Notes: generated by a model not told the origin, from the letters alone. Shown: positions 1 to 10,362, counted from the first letter of the whole stretch. The stretch is 61,007 nt of DNA, filler included, from 7 parts of 7 records of this genome joined end to end with filler, not necessarily neighbours in it; one strand, 5' to 3'. Numbers and translations are program-made.

Positions 1-529
1 CCGCGAAGATCTTTTCTATCGGTTGAATGTTGTGCCTATTCGCGTCCCTTCGTTGAAAGAACGCCGAGACGATATCCCAGTTCTAGCACCCCATTTTATT
101 GAAAGGGCTGCCGAGGCAGGCGGTCAACCACCCCGCATTCTTGGTACGGATACAATGGTGGCGCTTCAATCGTATGACTGGCCCGGAAATGTCCGCGAAC
201 TAAGAAACTTAATCGAATGGCTAATGATCATGGCGCCCGGCGGGTTGGATGAACCGATAGGTGCCGATATGCTCCCGGCGGGATTCGGTGGCGACAGTCC
301 GATCAGCGTCGAAGGTGAGGGGCGTACAGAAATCATGGGGCTTCCTTTGCGCGAGGCCCGTGAAATATTTGAGCGTGAATATCTGCTGGCTCAGGTGGAT
401 CGGTTTGGGGGAAATATATCGAAGACGTCCGAATTCGTGGGGATGGAGCGCTCCGCCCTACACCGCAAACTTAAATCACTTGGTGTGCAAACCGGGGAAG
501 AAGGCCCCCGCCGTACCGGTAAGGGATAG
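1..529 (+). CDS. ntrX: Sigma-54-type response regulator NtrX, C-terminal part (5' truncated)
   Basis: REDLFYRLNVVP, WPGNVRELRN and a Fis-type HTH (GMERSALHRKL); sits upstream of trkA-dat-hfq-hflX as in alphaproteobacteria. Confidence 0.9.
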   Translation, partial: REDLFYRLNVVPIRVPSLKERRDDIPVLAPHFIERAAEAGGQPPRILGTDTMVALQSYDWPGNVRELRNLIEWLMIMAPGGLDEPIGADMLPAGFGGDSPISVEGEGRTEIMGLPLREAREIFEREYLLAQVDRFGGNISKTSEFVGMERSALHRKLKSLGVQTGEEGPRRTGKG

Positions 530-574
530 AAGGCTTGCGCCGAACCAAATGAGGATCGTGGGGGAAAAGATCTG

Positions 575-1951
575 ATGAAGGTAATAGTCTGCGGTGCCGG
601 GCAGGTAGGGTTCAATATCGCCCGATACCTGTCAGCCGAGAGCAACGATGTTGTTGTGATCGACCGGTCGCCGGATTTGGTCCGTCGAATTAGCGATAGC
701 CTCGATGTGAAAGGGATCGTCGGTCATGCTTCGCATCCGGATTCCCTTGAACAGGCAGACGCCGAAGGCGCCGATATCATGATCGCTGTCACCCAGGTTG
801 ACGAAGTCAACATGATGGCTTGCCAGGTCGCCCATTCGTTGTTCAACGTTCCAACCAAGATCGCCCGTGTTCGACACCAAAGCTATTTGGATGCAAAATT
901 CCAATCGCTTTTTTCACGCGATCACATGCCGATCGACGTAATCATTTCTCCGGAAATCGAGGTCGCACGTGCGGTGACACGGCGCCTTGAAGTTCCAGGC
1001 GCGTTCGAGATGATCCCTCTGGCGGAAGATCGGGTCAAGCTTGTTGGCGTCAGATGCCAGGAAGGCTGCCCCCTAATCAATACGCCTTTGCGTCAGTTGA
1101 CCCAAATATTCCCCGATCTCAACATCGTGATTGTTGGACTGACTCGGCAGGGCGAGGCAATTGTTCCGACATCGGATGATGAAATGTTGTTGGGCGATGA
1201 GGTGTATTTCGTTGTCGATTCCGAACAATTGCCGCGGGCCATGGCGGCCTTCGGCCACGAAGAACCGGAGGCACGGCGCCTTCTGATTTTCGGTGGCGGC
1301 AATATCGGGCTTTTCCTGGCGAAACAGGTCGAATCCGATTATCCCTGGGTCAATACCAAGTTGATCGAAGCTACGCCTGAACGGGCCGCGGCCATTGCCG
1401 GGGAATTGAAAAAGGCGGTGGTCCTGCACGGTGACGTGCTGGAGCCGGAAATCCTCGAAGAAGCCAATGTCGGCGCGGCCGATACGGTTGTTGCGGTCAC
1501 CAACGACGACGAAACCAATATTCTGTCGTCGCTTCTCGCAAAACGTTACGGATGCGAACGTGCCATCGCGCTGATCAACAAGGCTCCCTATGAATCCCTG
1601 ATTACGACTTTGGGGATCGATGTCGTCGTCAGCCCGCGCAACATCACCGTTTCGACCATTCTGCAGCATGTGCGGCGCGGAAGGATCCATTCCGTGCATA
1701 CGTTGCGCGAAGGGTTTGGTGAATTGATTGAAGCCGAAGCCATGGAGACCTCGGACCTCGTTGGCGTACCGCTCCGAGATGCCGATATTCCCCAAGGCGT
1801 GCTGATCGGCGCTATCGTGCGGGATGGACAGGTAATCAGTCCTCGCGGCGACACAATGATAGAACCGCAGGACCGTGTCGTGCTTTTTGCGGCAGCCGAT
1901 GCCGTGCGCAAAGTCGAGAAAATGTTCTCCGTACGCCTTGAGTTTTTCTAG
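575..1951 (+). CDS. trkA: Trk potassium uptake NAD-binding subunit
   Basis: 458 aa; two RCK Rossmann motifs GAGQVG and GGGNIG. Confidence 0.95.
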   Translation: MKVIVCGAGQVGFNIARYLSAESNDVVVIDRSPDLVRRISDSLDVKGIVGHASHPDSLEQADAEGADIMIAVTQVDEVNMMACQVAHSLFNVPTKIARVRHQSYLDAKFQSLFSRDHMPIDVIISPEIEVARAVTRRLEVPGAFEMIPLAEDRVKLVGVRCQEGCPLINTPLRQLTQIFPDLNIVIVGLTRQGEAIVPTSDDEMLLGDEVYFVVDSEQLPRAMAAFGHEEPEARRLLIFGGGNIGLFLAKQVESDYPWVNTKLIEATPERAAAIAGELKKAVVLHGDVLEPEILEEANVGAADTVVAVTNDDETNILSSLLAKRYGCERAIALINKAPYESLITTLGIDVVVSPRNITVSTILQHVRRGRIHSVHTLREGFGELIEAEAMETSDLVGVPLRDADIPQGVLIGAIVRDGQVISPRGDTMIEPQDRVVLFAAADAVRKVEKMFSVRLEFF

Positions 1952-1960
1952 GAGGAACGA

Positions 1961-2830
1961 GTGGGACGAATCGCATACGTCAACGGGCGATATGTGCCGC
2001 ATAGAGATGCTGCCATACACATCGAAGACAGGGGCTATCAGTTCGCGGACGGTGTATACGAGGTCATTGCCGTCTATCGAGGCAAACTTGTCGACGAAAA
2101 GGGCCATGTTGACCGCCTTGCCCGATCGCTTGTTGAGCTGCAAATGAATTGGCCTGTAACGCCTCGGGTCTTCGGGACACTCGTACGCGAAGTCGTACGC
2201 CGCAACCGCATTTCAGACGGAATCGTCTATATCCAGGTAACACGTGGCGTGGCGCCACGGGATCATGTTTTTCCTGCGGATGTCGAAACAGCGCTGGTCA
2301 TGACGGCCCGAGCCAAGGATATAGGCTCGTTGAAAGGCGGCGAACCGGTTCGCGTCATTACGCGGCCGGATATCCGGTGGGGCCGTCCGGACATCAAGTC
2401 CATAGCTTTGCTTCCAAATTGCCTAGCCAGGCAACGCGCCAAAGAGGCTGGCTGTTTCGAAGCATGGCAGGTGGATGCCGATGGCCTCATCACCGAAGGT
2501 ACGTTATCAAACGCTTGGATCGTTACCGCAGCCGGCGAAATCATGACACGAAATGCCGACGAAAACGCGATATTGAACGGTGTTACCCGCCTCGCAGTCT
2601 TAGATTTGGCCGCCGAAGCCAAGCTTCGTTTGGTTGAGCACCCGTTTACGGTCGAGGAAGCCAAACACGCGAATGAAGCTTTTCTTACCAGCACGACTTC
2701 ATTTGTGAAGCCGGTAGTTGGAATTGACGATGTGTCAATCGGCTCCGGCGAACCCGGTCCGATCACCCTCAAACTCGGCGAAATGATAGCCAAGCGACTG
2801 GAAGCACAAGTCGCCGATTTGTCAGATTGA
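1961..2830 (+). CDS. dat: D-amino acid aminotransferase (PLP class IV)
   Basis: EDRGYQFADGVYEV, RGVAPRDH, DIKS (PLP lysine), ILNGVTR; AGGAGG RBS before GTG. Confidence 0.9.
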   Translation: MGRIAYVNGRYVPHRDAAIHIEDRGYQFADGVYEVIAVYRGKLVDEKGHVDRLARSLVELQMNWPVTPRVFGTLVREVVRRNRISDGIVYIQVTRGVAPRDHVFPADVETALVMTARAKDIGSLKGGEPVRVITRPDIRWGRPDIKSIALLPNCLARQRAKEAGCFEAWQVDADGLITEGTLSNAWIVTAAGEIMTRNADENAILNGVTRLAVLDLAAEAKLRLVEHPFTVEEAKHANEAFLTSTTSFVKPVVGIDDVSIGSGEPGPITLKLGEMIAKRLEAQVADLSD

Positions 2831-2853
2831 CCCAGAGACCGGAAACATAAGAA

Positions 2854-3558
2854 ATGGCAAAAAACAGGCCGATATTGGGAGTGCTCGGTGGTATGGGGCC
2901 GCTGGCAACCGTTGACTTCATGCGCAAGGTCGTTGATTTGACGCCGGCGGATTGCGACCAGGACCATATCCCGATGACGGTCGTTTCCTTGCCGCAAGTA
3001 CCAGACCGTAGCCAAGCGATCTTGGAAGGCGGCGAATCGCCTTTGCCGGCAATGTTGGGCGGTATTGAAATGTTGAACAGGGCTGGTGTCGCCTGTATCG
3101 CCATTCCCTGCAATTCGGCGCACTACTGGTATGATGAACTTGTCAAAGCGGCCGACATGCCGATACTGCACATCGCCGATTCCGCCGTTGACGCCTTGGA
3201 TCAGCGCGGTATTGGTGCGCGCACCGTCGGTATCCTTGGTACAAGTGGTGTCGTCTCTGCCGGAATCTACCAAGACCGGTTGGACAAACGCGGTATAACA
3301 AGCATCATTCCAGACGCGGTTGAGCAGGAAAAACTGGTGATGGGTGGAATTTATCAGATCAAGGCCGGCGATCTGAGCCGCGGACGTGATCTTTTGGCGA
3401 CCGCCGCGGATGATTTGCGCAAACGTGGTGCCGAAGCCGTGATTCTTGGCTGCACGGAGATTCCAATCGTTCTAGAAGATGGCAATGATGTCGTGGATGC
3501 GACGCTGGCGCTGGCACATGGCTGCATAGAGTTTCTGTCGCAAGGGAGCCAAACATGA
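2854..3558 (+). CDS. Aspartate/glutamate racemase family protein
   Basis: GVLGGMGPLAT; both catalytic cysteines present (PCNSAH, GCTE). Confidence 0.9.
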   Translation: MAKNRPILGVLGGMGPLATVDFMRKVVDLTPADCDQDHIPMTVVSLPQVPDRSQAILEGGESPLPAMLGGIEMLNRAGVACIAIPCNSAHYWYDELVKAADMPILHIADSAVDALDQRGIGARTVGILGTSGVVSAGIYQDRLDKRGITSIIPDAVEQEKLVMGGIYQIKAGDLSRGRDLLATAADDLRKRGAEAVILGCTEIPIVLEDGNDVVDATLALAHGCIEFLSQGSQT

Positions 3559-4250
3559 CGGATGCGTCGTTGCAGACGGAACACATGGACGAGTTGACTG
3601 GATTGTCGCGGCCAAGGGCCTTGGTGTTTGACTGGGACAACACGCTAGTTGACAGTTGGCCTGCAATTCACGAAGCGCTGTCTTGCACTTTTACCAAGTT
3701 CGGCCTCGCTCCCTGGACGCTGGACGAGGTCAAACAGAGAGTCCGTAAATCCATGCGCGAGAGCTTTCCGGCCTTGTTTGGCGATCGTTGGGAGGAGGCC
3801 GGTGTGTTTTTCAAGAAGGCCTTCACGGATATCCATTTGGATTGGATTGCACCCTTGCCAGGTGCTGAGCAGATGCTGCGCGATATGGCTTCGGACGGAT
3901 TGTGGCTGGCGGTGGTCAGCAACAAACACGGCGATGTTTTGCGCCAAGAGGCGGCACATGTCGGGTGGACGCAGTATTTTAATCGCATCATCGGTGCTTT
4001 TGATGCTGAGCGCGATAAACCTGCACCGGATCCGGTACTATTGGCATTGGACGATTCGAAGATTTCTTGCGGGTCTGATGTCTGGTTCGTCGGTGATACG
4101 GACATTGACATGGAATGTGGTTTCAATTCTACCTGCACTCCGGTACTAGTCCGTGCGGAACCTCCACGTAACGGGGAGTTTGACGAATTCAGACCGGCTC
4201 TATATCTTAGTGACTGTCTAGCGCTTTCAAACATGATCAGAAGGCTGTAA
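3555..4250 (+). CDS. HAD-family phosphatase (phosphoglycolate phosphatase-like)
   Basis: DWDNTLVDS motif I, SNK motif II, KP and GDTDID motifs. Confidence 0.9.
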   Translation: MTDASLQTEHMDELTGLSRPRALVFDWDNTLVDSWPAIHEALSCTFTKFGLAPWTLDEVKQRVRKSMRESFPALFGDRWEEAGVFFKKAFTDIHLDWIAPLPGAEQMLRDMASDGLWLAVVSNKHGDVLRQEAAHVGWTQYFNRIIGAFDAERDKPAPDPVLLALDDSKISCGSDVWFVGDTDIDMECGFNSTCTPVLVRAEPPRNGEFDEFRPALYLSDCLALSNMIRRL

Positions 4251-4390
4251 TCTAATTTGCCGGTTCTTGTTTTGGGGGCGGTTTGTTGTTAACGCGGCAA
4301 CCGCAGGGGACTCTGGCGAACTAGAAATTGTTTCTTCGTGCTGGCGGAACCAGAACGGGACTGTCGGCCAACAAAATGGGAGGGGTCTTA

Positions 4391-4648
4391 ATGTCCTCCG
4401 AACGCTCGCAGAACGTTCAGGATGTATTCCTGAACCATATTCGTAAGAATAAGACGCCAGTTACCGTTTTTCTGGTGAATGGCGTTAAACTTCAGGGGAT
4501 CATCACCTGGTTCGATAACTTTTCTGTGTTATTGCGGCGGGATGGTCATACGCAGTTGGTGTATAAACACGCGATTTCGACGGTGATGCCGTCGGTTCAA
4601 ATCCAGTTGTTTGACCCCGACAAAGAAGAGCCTGCCGAAGCCCAGTAG
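4391..4648 (+). CDS. hfq: RNA chaperone Hfq
   Basis: [27 protein letters not shown]; start placed at ATG 4391 after GGAGG. Confidence 0.97.
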   Translation: MSSERSQNVQDVFLNHIRKNKTPVTVFLVNGVKLQGIITWFDNFSVLLRRDGHTQLVYKHAISTVMPSVQIQLFDPDKEEPAEAQ

Positions 4649-4650
4649 AT

Positions 4651-6021
4651 TTGCAGGAAACAACAGGCTTCAATATGTCATCGCCGTCGGGAGGCAACGG
4701 TGCCGGGCGGTGTCTGGTAATCCATCCGAACTTGAAAAGCGATCGGGCGAGTATGCGCTCGCCCGCATCGCGCCTCGACGAGGCCGTTGGGCTAGCATGT
4801 GGTATTGAACTTTCGGTCGTTCACGCCGAGGTTGTCAATATTGCACGCCGACGCCCTTCAACCCTGTTCGGCCAAGGTACCGTCGAACGGTTCCGGGAAA
4901 TCGTCATTGGCACCAACGACGAAGATTTTGTTGAATCAAAGAAAGAACACAATCGAATCGAAGTCGCCGTCATTGATGCAACGCTTAGTCCGGTTCAGCA
5001 GCGAAACCTGGAAAGAGCGCTCGGCTGTAAAGTTATCGATCGTACCGGTCTTATTCTTGAGATATTTGGTGCCAGAGCCCGTACCCGCGAGGGAAGGTTG
5101 CAGGTTGAACTTGCAGCACTGACCTATCAGCGTAGCCGACTTGTCCGTTCATGGACCCATTTGGAACGACAACGTGGTGGTCACGGATTCATGGGCGGTC
5201 CCGGCGAAGCGCAGATTGAGATTGACCGTCGGATTTTGAGCGACCGCATTACCCGGCTTCGCAAGGAATTGGTTGAGGTCAAGCGCACGCGCGCTCTGCA
5301 ACGCCAAGCAAGACAACGCGTGCCCTATCCCGTCATTGCACTCGTCGGCTATACGAATGCAGGTAAGTCGACACTTTTTAATTTCCTGACCAAGGCGGAG
5401 GTCGCCGCCAAAGATCAATTGTTCGCGACACTGGATCCGACGATGCGGGGGCTTGACCTGCCATCTGGCCGACTAGCCATCCTATCCGATACGGTGGGAT
5501 TTATCTCGGATTTACCGCACGAACTGGTTGCCGCTTTCCATGCCACTCTTGAAGAGGTTTGCGAAGCCGACCTCGTCGTACATGTGCGTGACGTATCCCA
5601 TCCGGACAGCGATGCGCAAAAAGAAGACGTTCAAAGAGTGCTTACTGAATTGGGTGTCGATTCCGAATCTGACTCAGGCATAGTCGAGGCTCTCAACAAA
5701 ATAGACCTTCTCGATCCCGATGACCGTGCAGTCATGGTCAATCAGGTCAATCGGCGCAATATGTCCTGTTGCCCGGTTTCGGCGATGACGGGAGAAGGAG
5801 GCCTGACGCTATTGCAGGCACTCGATTCCCGGCTTTCTGAAGCACGCGAATTGATAAGCGCAGATGTTCGGCTTTCCGACGGGAAGACACTTGCGTGGTT
5901 CTACGCCCACGGTGAGATGGTCGAACGCGTCGACGACGATACCCACGCCCATGTCAAAGTCCGCCTCGACGCCGCCGATGCCGCTCGATTCGCCCGGCGT
6001 CGCCTGACCGATGGTGGATAG
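4651..6021 (+). CDS. hflX: Ribosome-splitting GTPase HflX
   Basis: GYTNAGKST, LFATLDPT, DTVGF, NKID; follows hfq; exact start uncertain. Confidence 0.95.
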   Translation: MQETTGFNMSSPSGGNGAGRCLVIHPNLKSDRASMRSPASRLDEAVGLACGIELSVVHAEVVNIARRRPSTLFGQGTVERFREIVIGTNDEDFVESKKEHNRIEVAVIDATLSPVQQRNLERALGCKVIDRTGLILEIFGARARTREGRLQVELAALTYQRSRLVRSWTHLERQRGGHGFMGGPGEAQIEIDRRILSDRITRLRKELVEVKRTRALQRQARQRVPYPVIALVGYTNAGKSTLFNFLTKAEVAAKDQLFATLDPTMRGLDLPSGRLAILSDTVGFISDLPHELVAAFHATLEEVCEADLVVHVRDVSHPDSDAQKEDVQRVLTELGVDSESDSGIVEALNKIDLLDPDDRAVMVNQVNRRNMSCCPVSAMTGEGGLTLLQALDSRLSEARELISADVRLSDGKTLAWFYAHGEMVERVDDDTHAHVKVRLDAADAARFARRRLTDGG

Positions 6022-6115
6022 CACGTCATTCGTCCGTATGGTGAGTTTGGTGTCGAAAGGAACAGGCACCAGATGAACCGCTTCAGACTTCCTTCGGCAG
6101 CTTTTGGGGAACCCT

Positions 6116-7084
6116 CTATTTGCCTGATGCTTCAGGTGCTGCGTGACACTTTTGCACCTCCACCGTCACATGGGCAAGCCCCACGTCGGTCGGCAGTAGG
6201 TTACGATAAAAACGGGGCTCCTGCGGTGTATCGCTGACAACAGCGATCTCGGCCGCATAGACGTTTGGACCTATAGACCAAACGTGCAGGTCGGATACGC
6301 TTGCCAAGTCGCCGTTTTCAATGGCTGCACGGATGTGGTTGCGCAGGTCGTCCGGCGCCTGATGATCCAGGAGAACTTGGGATGTTGTACGCAGAAGCGA
6401 CAAAGACCAACGGGCAACCAGCAGAGCACCGATGATACCCATCACCGGGTCAAGCCAATTCAAGCCATAATATTTGCCGGCCAGCAGGGCTACGATGGCT
6501 AAAACCGAAGTCAAGGCATCGGCCAGCACATGGAAATAAGCGGCCCGTAGGTTATGGTCGTGGTGCCTGTCGTCATGGCTGTGATCATGATCGTGGCCGT
6601 GTTCATGACTGTGAGCATGATCAGCCCCCGAAAGCCCAAGGATTAGGGCGCTAGCGCCGTTGACGAAAAGACCGAGGACCGCAACCAAAATGGCTTGGTT
6701 GAACGCGATATCAACAGGGTTGATGAATCTTTCGGTGCTTTCCCCAGCCATGAGCGCGGCAAATACGATTAGCAGAACGGCACTCGCAAAGCCTGCCAGC
6801 GGATTGACCTTGCCGGTACCGAAACTGAACCGTTTGTCGAAGGCATGGCGGCGGGCGTAGATATAGGCGAAAGCGGCAATTCCGATGGCCACAGTATGCG
6901 ACGCCATATGAAGGCCGTCGGCGAGAAGTGCCATCGACCCGAAGGCGATACCCGCGGCGATCTCGACAACCATCATCACCGCAGTAATGGCGATGACGAT
7001 GAGGGTTCTACGCTCTCCCTGGCGCACCTTTTCCTGGCCGAAGGAGTGATCATGGAGCCAGGGTTCGATATTGTGTGTATGCAT
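6116..7084 (-). CDS. dmeF: CDF-family Co/Ni efflux transporter, DmeF-like
   Basis: ALLADGLHMASH, His-rich loop, NLRAAYFHVLADALTS; start taken at MHTHNIEPW. Confidence 0.85.
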   Translation of the reverse strand: MHTHNIEPWLHDHSFGQEKVRQGERRTLIVIAITAVMMVVEIAAGIAFGSMALLADGLHMASHTVAIGIAAFAYIYARRHAFDKRFSFGTGKVNPLAGFASAVLLIVFAALMAGESTERFINPVDIAFNQAILVAVLGLFVNGASALILGLSGADHAHSHEHGHDHDHSHDDRHHDHNLRAAYFHVLADALTSVLAIVALLAGKYYGLNWLDPVMGIIGALLVARWSLSLLRTTSQVLLDHQAPDDLRNHIRAAIENGDLASVSDLHVWSIGPNVYAAEIAVVSDTPQEPRFYRNLLPTDVGLAHVTVEVQKCHAAPEASGK

Positions 7085-7703
7085 TTTGAGCCGTGTTACC
7101 GTTTGCGTTCCAATTGGCTTCAAGTGGCCAGGAACTAAGATTAGGATGCATTCTTACTTATTCTTGTGTGTTCAACGAGTCCAGTTTCGCCTTGGCGGAG
7201 GTCGCCGAAGACGAAAGCCAAATCCCAGAAAAAAATGGTGCGACAAGCACTGCTCCGTGAAAACACAATTCAACGTCATGACGCGAAAATTGCTGCATAA
7301 TTATTTGGACGAGATTGTCCGAACCCATGGATTCCGTGGGGTACGGGGGAAACCGTTGTCTTTTCCGTTTTTGTTACCAAGACTTTTGCAGTGTGCTGAA
7401 TTCGGTTTAGTTGCAGCCGAGATGCTCGATTTGTTTGCCGGTACCTGCCGCCGGGGCTGAGACACATATTTCGCATGATGGTGATTGGAAAAACGAGTTC
7501 TAAGCAGCGTTCTGCTCACCTCAATGGCAAACATCCGTGTAGATAAGACGCCTGCCGAACCGGCAGGTGAAGATCGTTCGACGCCGAAGGTAGATGCAAT
7601 AAATCCGCAACAAAGGTTTCATTGCTATGACCCAGATTGCCGCTAGAAACGAGTACGGATCGAAAATTCGATCCGCGAGTTCAGGCTTTTTTGGAGGCAA
7701 ACT

Positions 7704-7892
7704 GTGAAAAACGTAAAAACAAAACTTCTCGCTACTGCGCTGATCCTTTCCGGATTGGTTTTGAGCGGATGTGTATCGACTTCTGACTACAATGCGCTGA
7801 AAACCGATGTCCAGAACGCGAAAATCATGGCCAAAGCGGCACAGCTTCAGTCGCAGGCCAATGCGTCTGCCCTCAATGCGATGAAGAAGTAA
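7704..7892 (+). CDS. Small Lpp/OprI-like alanine-zipper lipoprotein
   Basis: GGAGG RBS, GTG start, lipobox LSGC, coiled-coil DYNALKTDVQNAK, C-terminal KK. Confidence 0.7.
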   Translation: MKNVKTKLLATALILSGLVLSGCVSTSDYNALKTDVQNAKIMAKAAQLQSQANASALNAMKK

Positions 7893-8382
7893 TATACCGG
7901 TTCCTTTTCGGGGAGCTTGGTTGGGTAACGACCTCAGCAAGGCATTTAAACCAAACCCCTGATGCTGCACTGGTCGCGCGTTAAGTCCAAACCCCGACCC
8001 CACCCTCGAACCGGCCTTGGCTTTTTGCTGGATCCCAATCACCCCCCCCCTGGACCGCACAGCCAAGGCCGCTTTTTTCAACACCCACGGCTATACCAAT
8101 AACAAGCAGATAGCGTAACAACGCTTGCTGTTATGGGAATTCGTCGTGAAGCCGATAATGCGGCCAAGTTTATTTGTCTGTTCTCAATATATTCCCGGTG
8201 TGTCTGAATACTGGATTTGTTTATGTCCCAGCAAAAAATGATGCCTTACGATCGACGTGAAAAACCCACCGAATTGCCGCATTTCAGTCTCTGTGGCGAC
8301 CGATTTTGCTTTCAGGCTTTGCATAGCTTCGGATGAGGTTGTCCCGGGGGATGGGGCCTTTGGCAGAGAGTGGGAGGTAAAG

Positions 8383-8697
8383 ATGTCGGGTGTCGAGATC
8401 GAACGCAACGAAACCCACGTGTTCCTGGTTTTGGATGGTGTACTCGGTGCGGCAGAATCACCACGCTTGCGAAGCCTGTTGTCTGAAGGATTGAGGCTAA
8501 GCAATCGGATCGTAGTGGATTTCTCAAGGGTCGCACATATCGACAGCGCAATCGTTGCCAATCTAGTCGAGGCGACGGCTGTGGCGCGCCGCAACGGTAT
8601 TGAATTGGCCCTGGCAAGTGTTCCGGAAGCAGTTTACACACTATTTGAACTTCTGAGACTGGACCGCATTCTGGCGATTCACGGTCGAGCGGCCTAA
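8383..8697 (+). CDS. STAS-domain anti-sigma factor antagonist
   Basis: VVDFSRVAHIDSA with the conserved phosphorylatable Ser; GGAGG RBS before ATG 8383. Confidence 0.85.
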   Translation: MSGVEIERNETHVFLVLDGVLGAAESPRLRSLLSEGLRLSNRIVVDFSRVAHIDSAIVANLVEATAVARRNGIELALASVPEAVYTLFELLRLDRILAIHGRAA

Positions 8698-8811
8698 CCA
8701 CATTCCCGTTTTTTTGTGCCCGGCAATCGGTTCGGCGATTTTCCAAAAAGTCTCCAGCAGGGTCCAATTTTCCGTTTTCAGTTTTTCCTCTGCCGTCCGG
8801 TTGTCGGTGTC

Positions 8812-9192
8812 TCAGGGATGCGGAGGAGGAACCAACCAGTCAACGGCTTCCTCAATCGTTCCGAAGTCCCGAATTGCAGCACCACGATTTCGTGCAACCT
8901 CGACGAAATGAATGGGATCGGGATTCTCCAACACGCTCTTTCTCAGGACAACGGCGATGCGCAAACCGGGCACCCAGTTTTTTACCGCGAGTGTTGCAGA
9001 ACGGTGCTGATCCGTGATCGATAAAACGGTCTCGGCGTTTGTTGAATCAACAAGAACCCGTAGACAGCTCTCTTTGAGGGCCGCCTCGACGATACTTTGT
9101 TTGCCGTTCTCAAAATCGGCGAAAGAGAACGCTCCCTGTGCGCGGACAAAAAGATACCCGTCGCCGGGCGTAATCCGTAAAGTTTGGGACAT
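8812..9192 (-). CDS. SpoIIAA-like (STAS/SEC14) small protein
   Basis: RVLVDS..., RIAVV, F.EV.A.NRG..IR.F.TIEEA.DWL pattern. Confidence 0.6.
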   Translation of the reverse strand: MSQTLRITPGDGYLFVRAQGAFSFADFENGKQSIVEAALKESCLRVLVDSTNAETVLSITDQHRSATLAVKNWVPGLRIAVVLRKSVLENPDPIHFVEVARNRGAAIRDFGTIEEAVDWLVPPPHP

Positions 9193-9448
9193 GTGTCGAA
9201 CGTGGTCGCCTAAATTCATTTGTTGTATAGTATATTTCTACGCAATATCCAGTCAGCGCAATAAAAAACGTATTGTTCCTAGTTGCATTTATTTTATTAG
9301 ATTAGTGTATTTTTTTATTTGTAATCAATTTAAAGACAATTATTGCGAGATTGAATATTGTTGTTTTCTATTCAAAGATTGTGAATGTGAATTCGCAATT
9401 TGTTTCCCTGCCCAGTCAGGTTGGCAACCATGCCTGGGTATTTTCGCT

Positions 9449-10147
9449 TCAGTTTTCTGGTCGTTGATCAATGCGAGATCTTTTAGCTAGGCCTTTTTGT
9501 TTTAGGCGCCAGAAAAGATGGTTAATCCTATCTTGACCGAAGAAGGGTTCGCCGTCGAAAACGAAGGTGGGCACACTCCAGTGTCCTGATTTTTCGTGTG
9601 CCTTTTGGTTTTCCCGGATGGTACTGTCGAAACGATCTGAATCGGCGGGAATGTCCCGATCCATCTCCTCTAAATCTAATTCGGCGCGCGAGGCGGCCTT
9701 GGATAAGTGATCACCATCATTCCAGCCGTCGGTGTTCCCGTCCCAAAGAAGACGCGATATTTGCTCGATAAACGGTAGTCCGCGGTCTCTCAGTGCGGCT
9801 GCGACACCGAGGCGTGTCAGTCGGAAGATGTGGGGTTGATGGGGTGATATTTCGTTGGTCTCCATGTCTTGAACGATTGGATCTGGTATCGGTCTGCGAA
9901 AAGGAACGCCAAGGAATTCAGCAACCCGTTTGCTATCCAACGTGTGATAGGGACGATAACCGGGGTTTACGCGCCGAAAGAATTCGGGGGTTCGCACCGC
10001 CAGAGGATAGACCGGTTGGACATTGACTTTGATTTCAAAACGGGCCCGAATATCGAGGAGCCGGTCTAATGCCAAGTAGCAATAGGGGCTACGGAAAGAC
10101 CAGTACATGTCGAAGGCAAGCATAGTCACGGCTCTCCGTTGTTCCAC
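9449..10147 (-). CDS. DsbA/2-hydroxychromene-2-carboxylate isomerase (kappa-GST-like) protein
   Basis: WSFRSPYCYL and SVPTFVFDGEPFFGQDR motifs; start uncertain. Confidence 0.85.
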   Translation of the reverse strand: MEQRRAVTMLAFDMYWSFRSPYCYLALDRLLDIRARFEIKVNVQPVYPLAVRTPEFFRRVNPGYRPYHTLDSKRVAEFLGVPFRRPIPDPIVQDMETNEISPHQPHIFRLTRLGVAAALRDRGLPFIEQISRLLWDGNTDGWNDGDHLSKAASRAELDLEEMDRDIPADSDRFDSTIRENQKAHEKSGHWSVPTFVFDGEPFFGQDRINHLFWRLKQKGLAKRSRIDQRPEN

Positions 10148-10362
10148 AATATGTTTCCGGATTTTAGCCAGTCGTATCGATCATTGCGCCAAACATCGGT
10201 TCGATTGAACGACACTTTGCCAAGGTCATTGATTCCTTATCAGGAATAGGCATGTTGAGGAAACTTTTAGGGCGTTGGACATTTTTAGAACGAGGAAGGA
10301 GAACGCGTGGGACGCCGACGAGGATTGAACGGGATGGTTGCTTCGGAAAAGAGGGGCTGACA

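Noticed and set aside
9014-9490. 158-aa ORF across the AT-rich patch (and similar ORFs at 7071-7460, 7521-8084, 36067-36408)
   Set aside because: No recognisable RBS or domain and atypical composition. Most overlap better-supported genes on the other strand.
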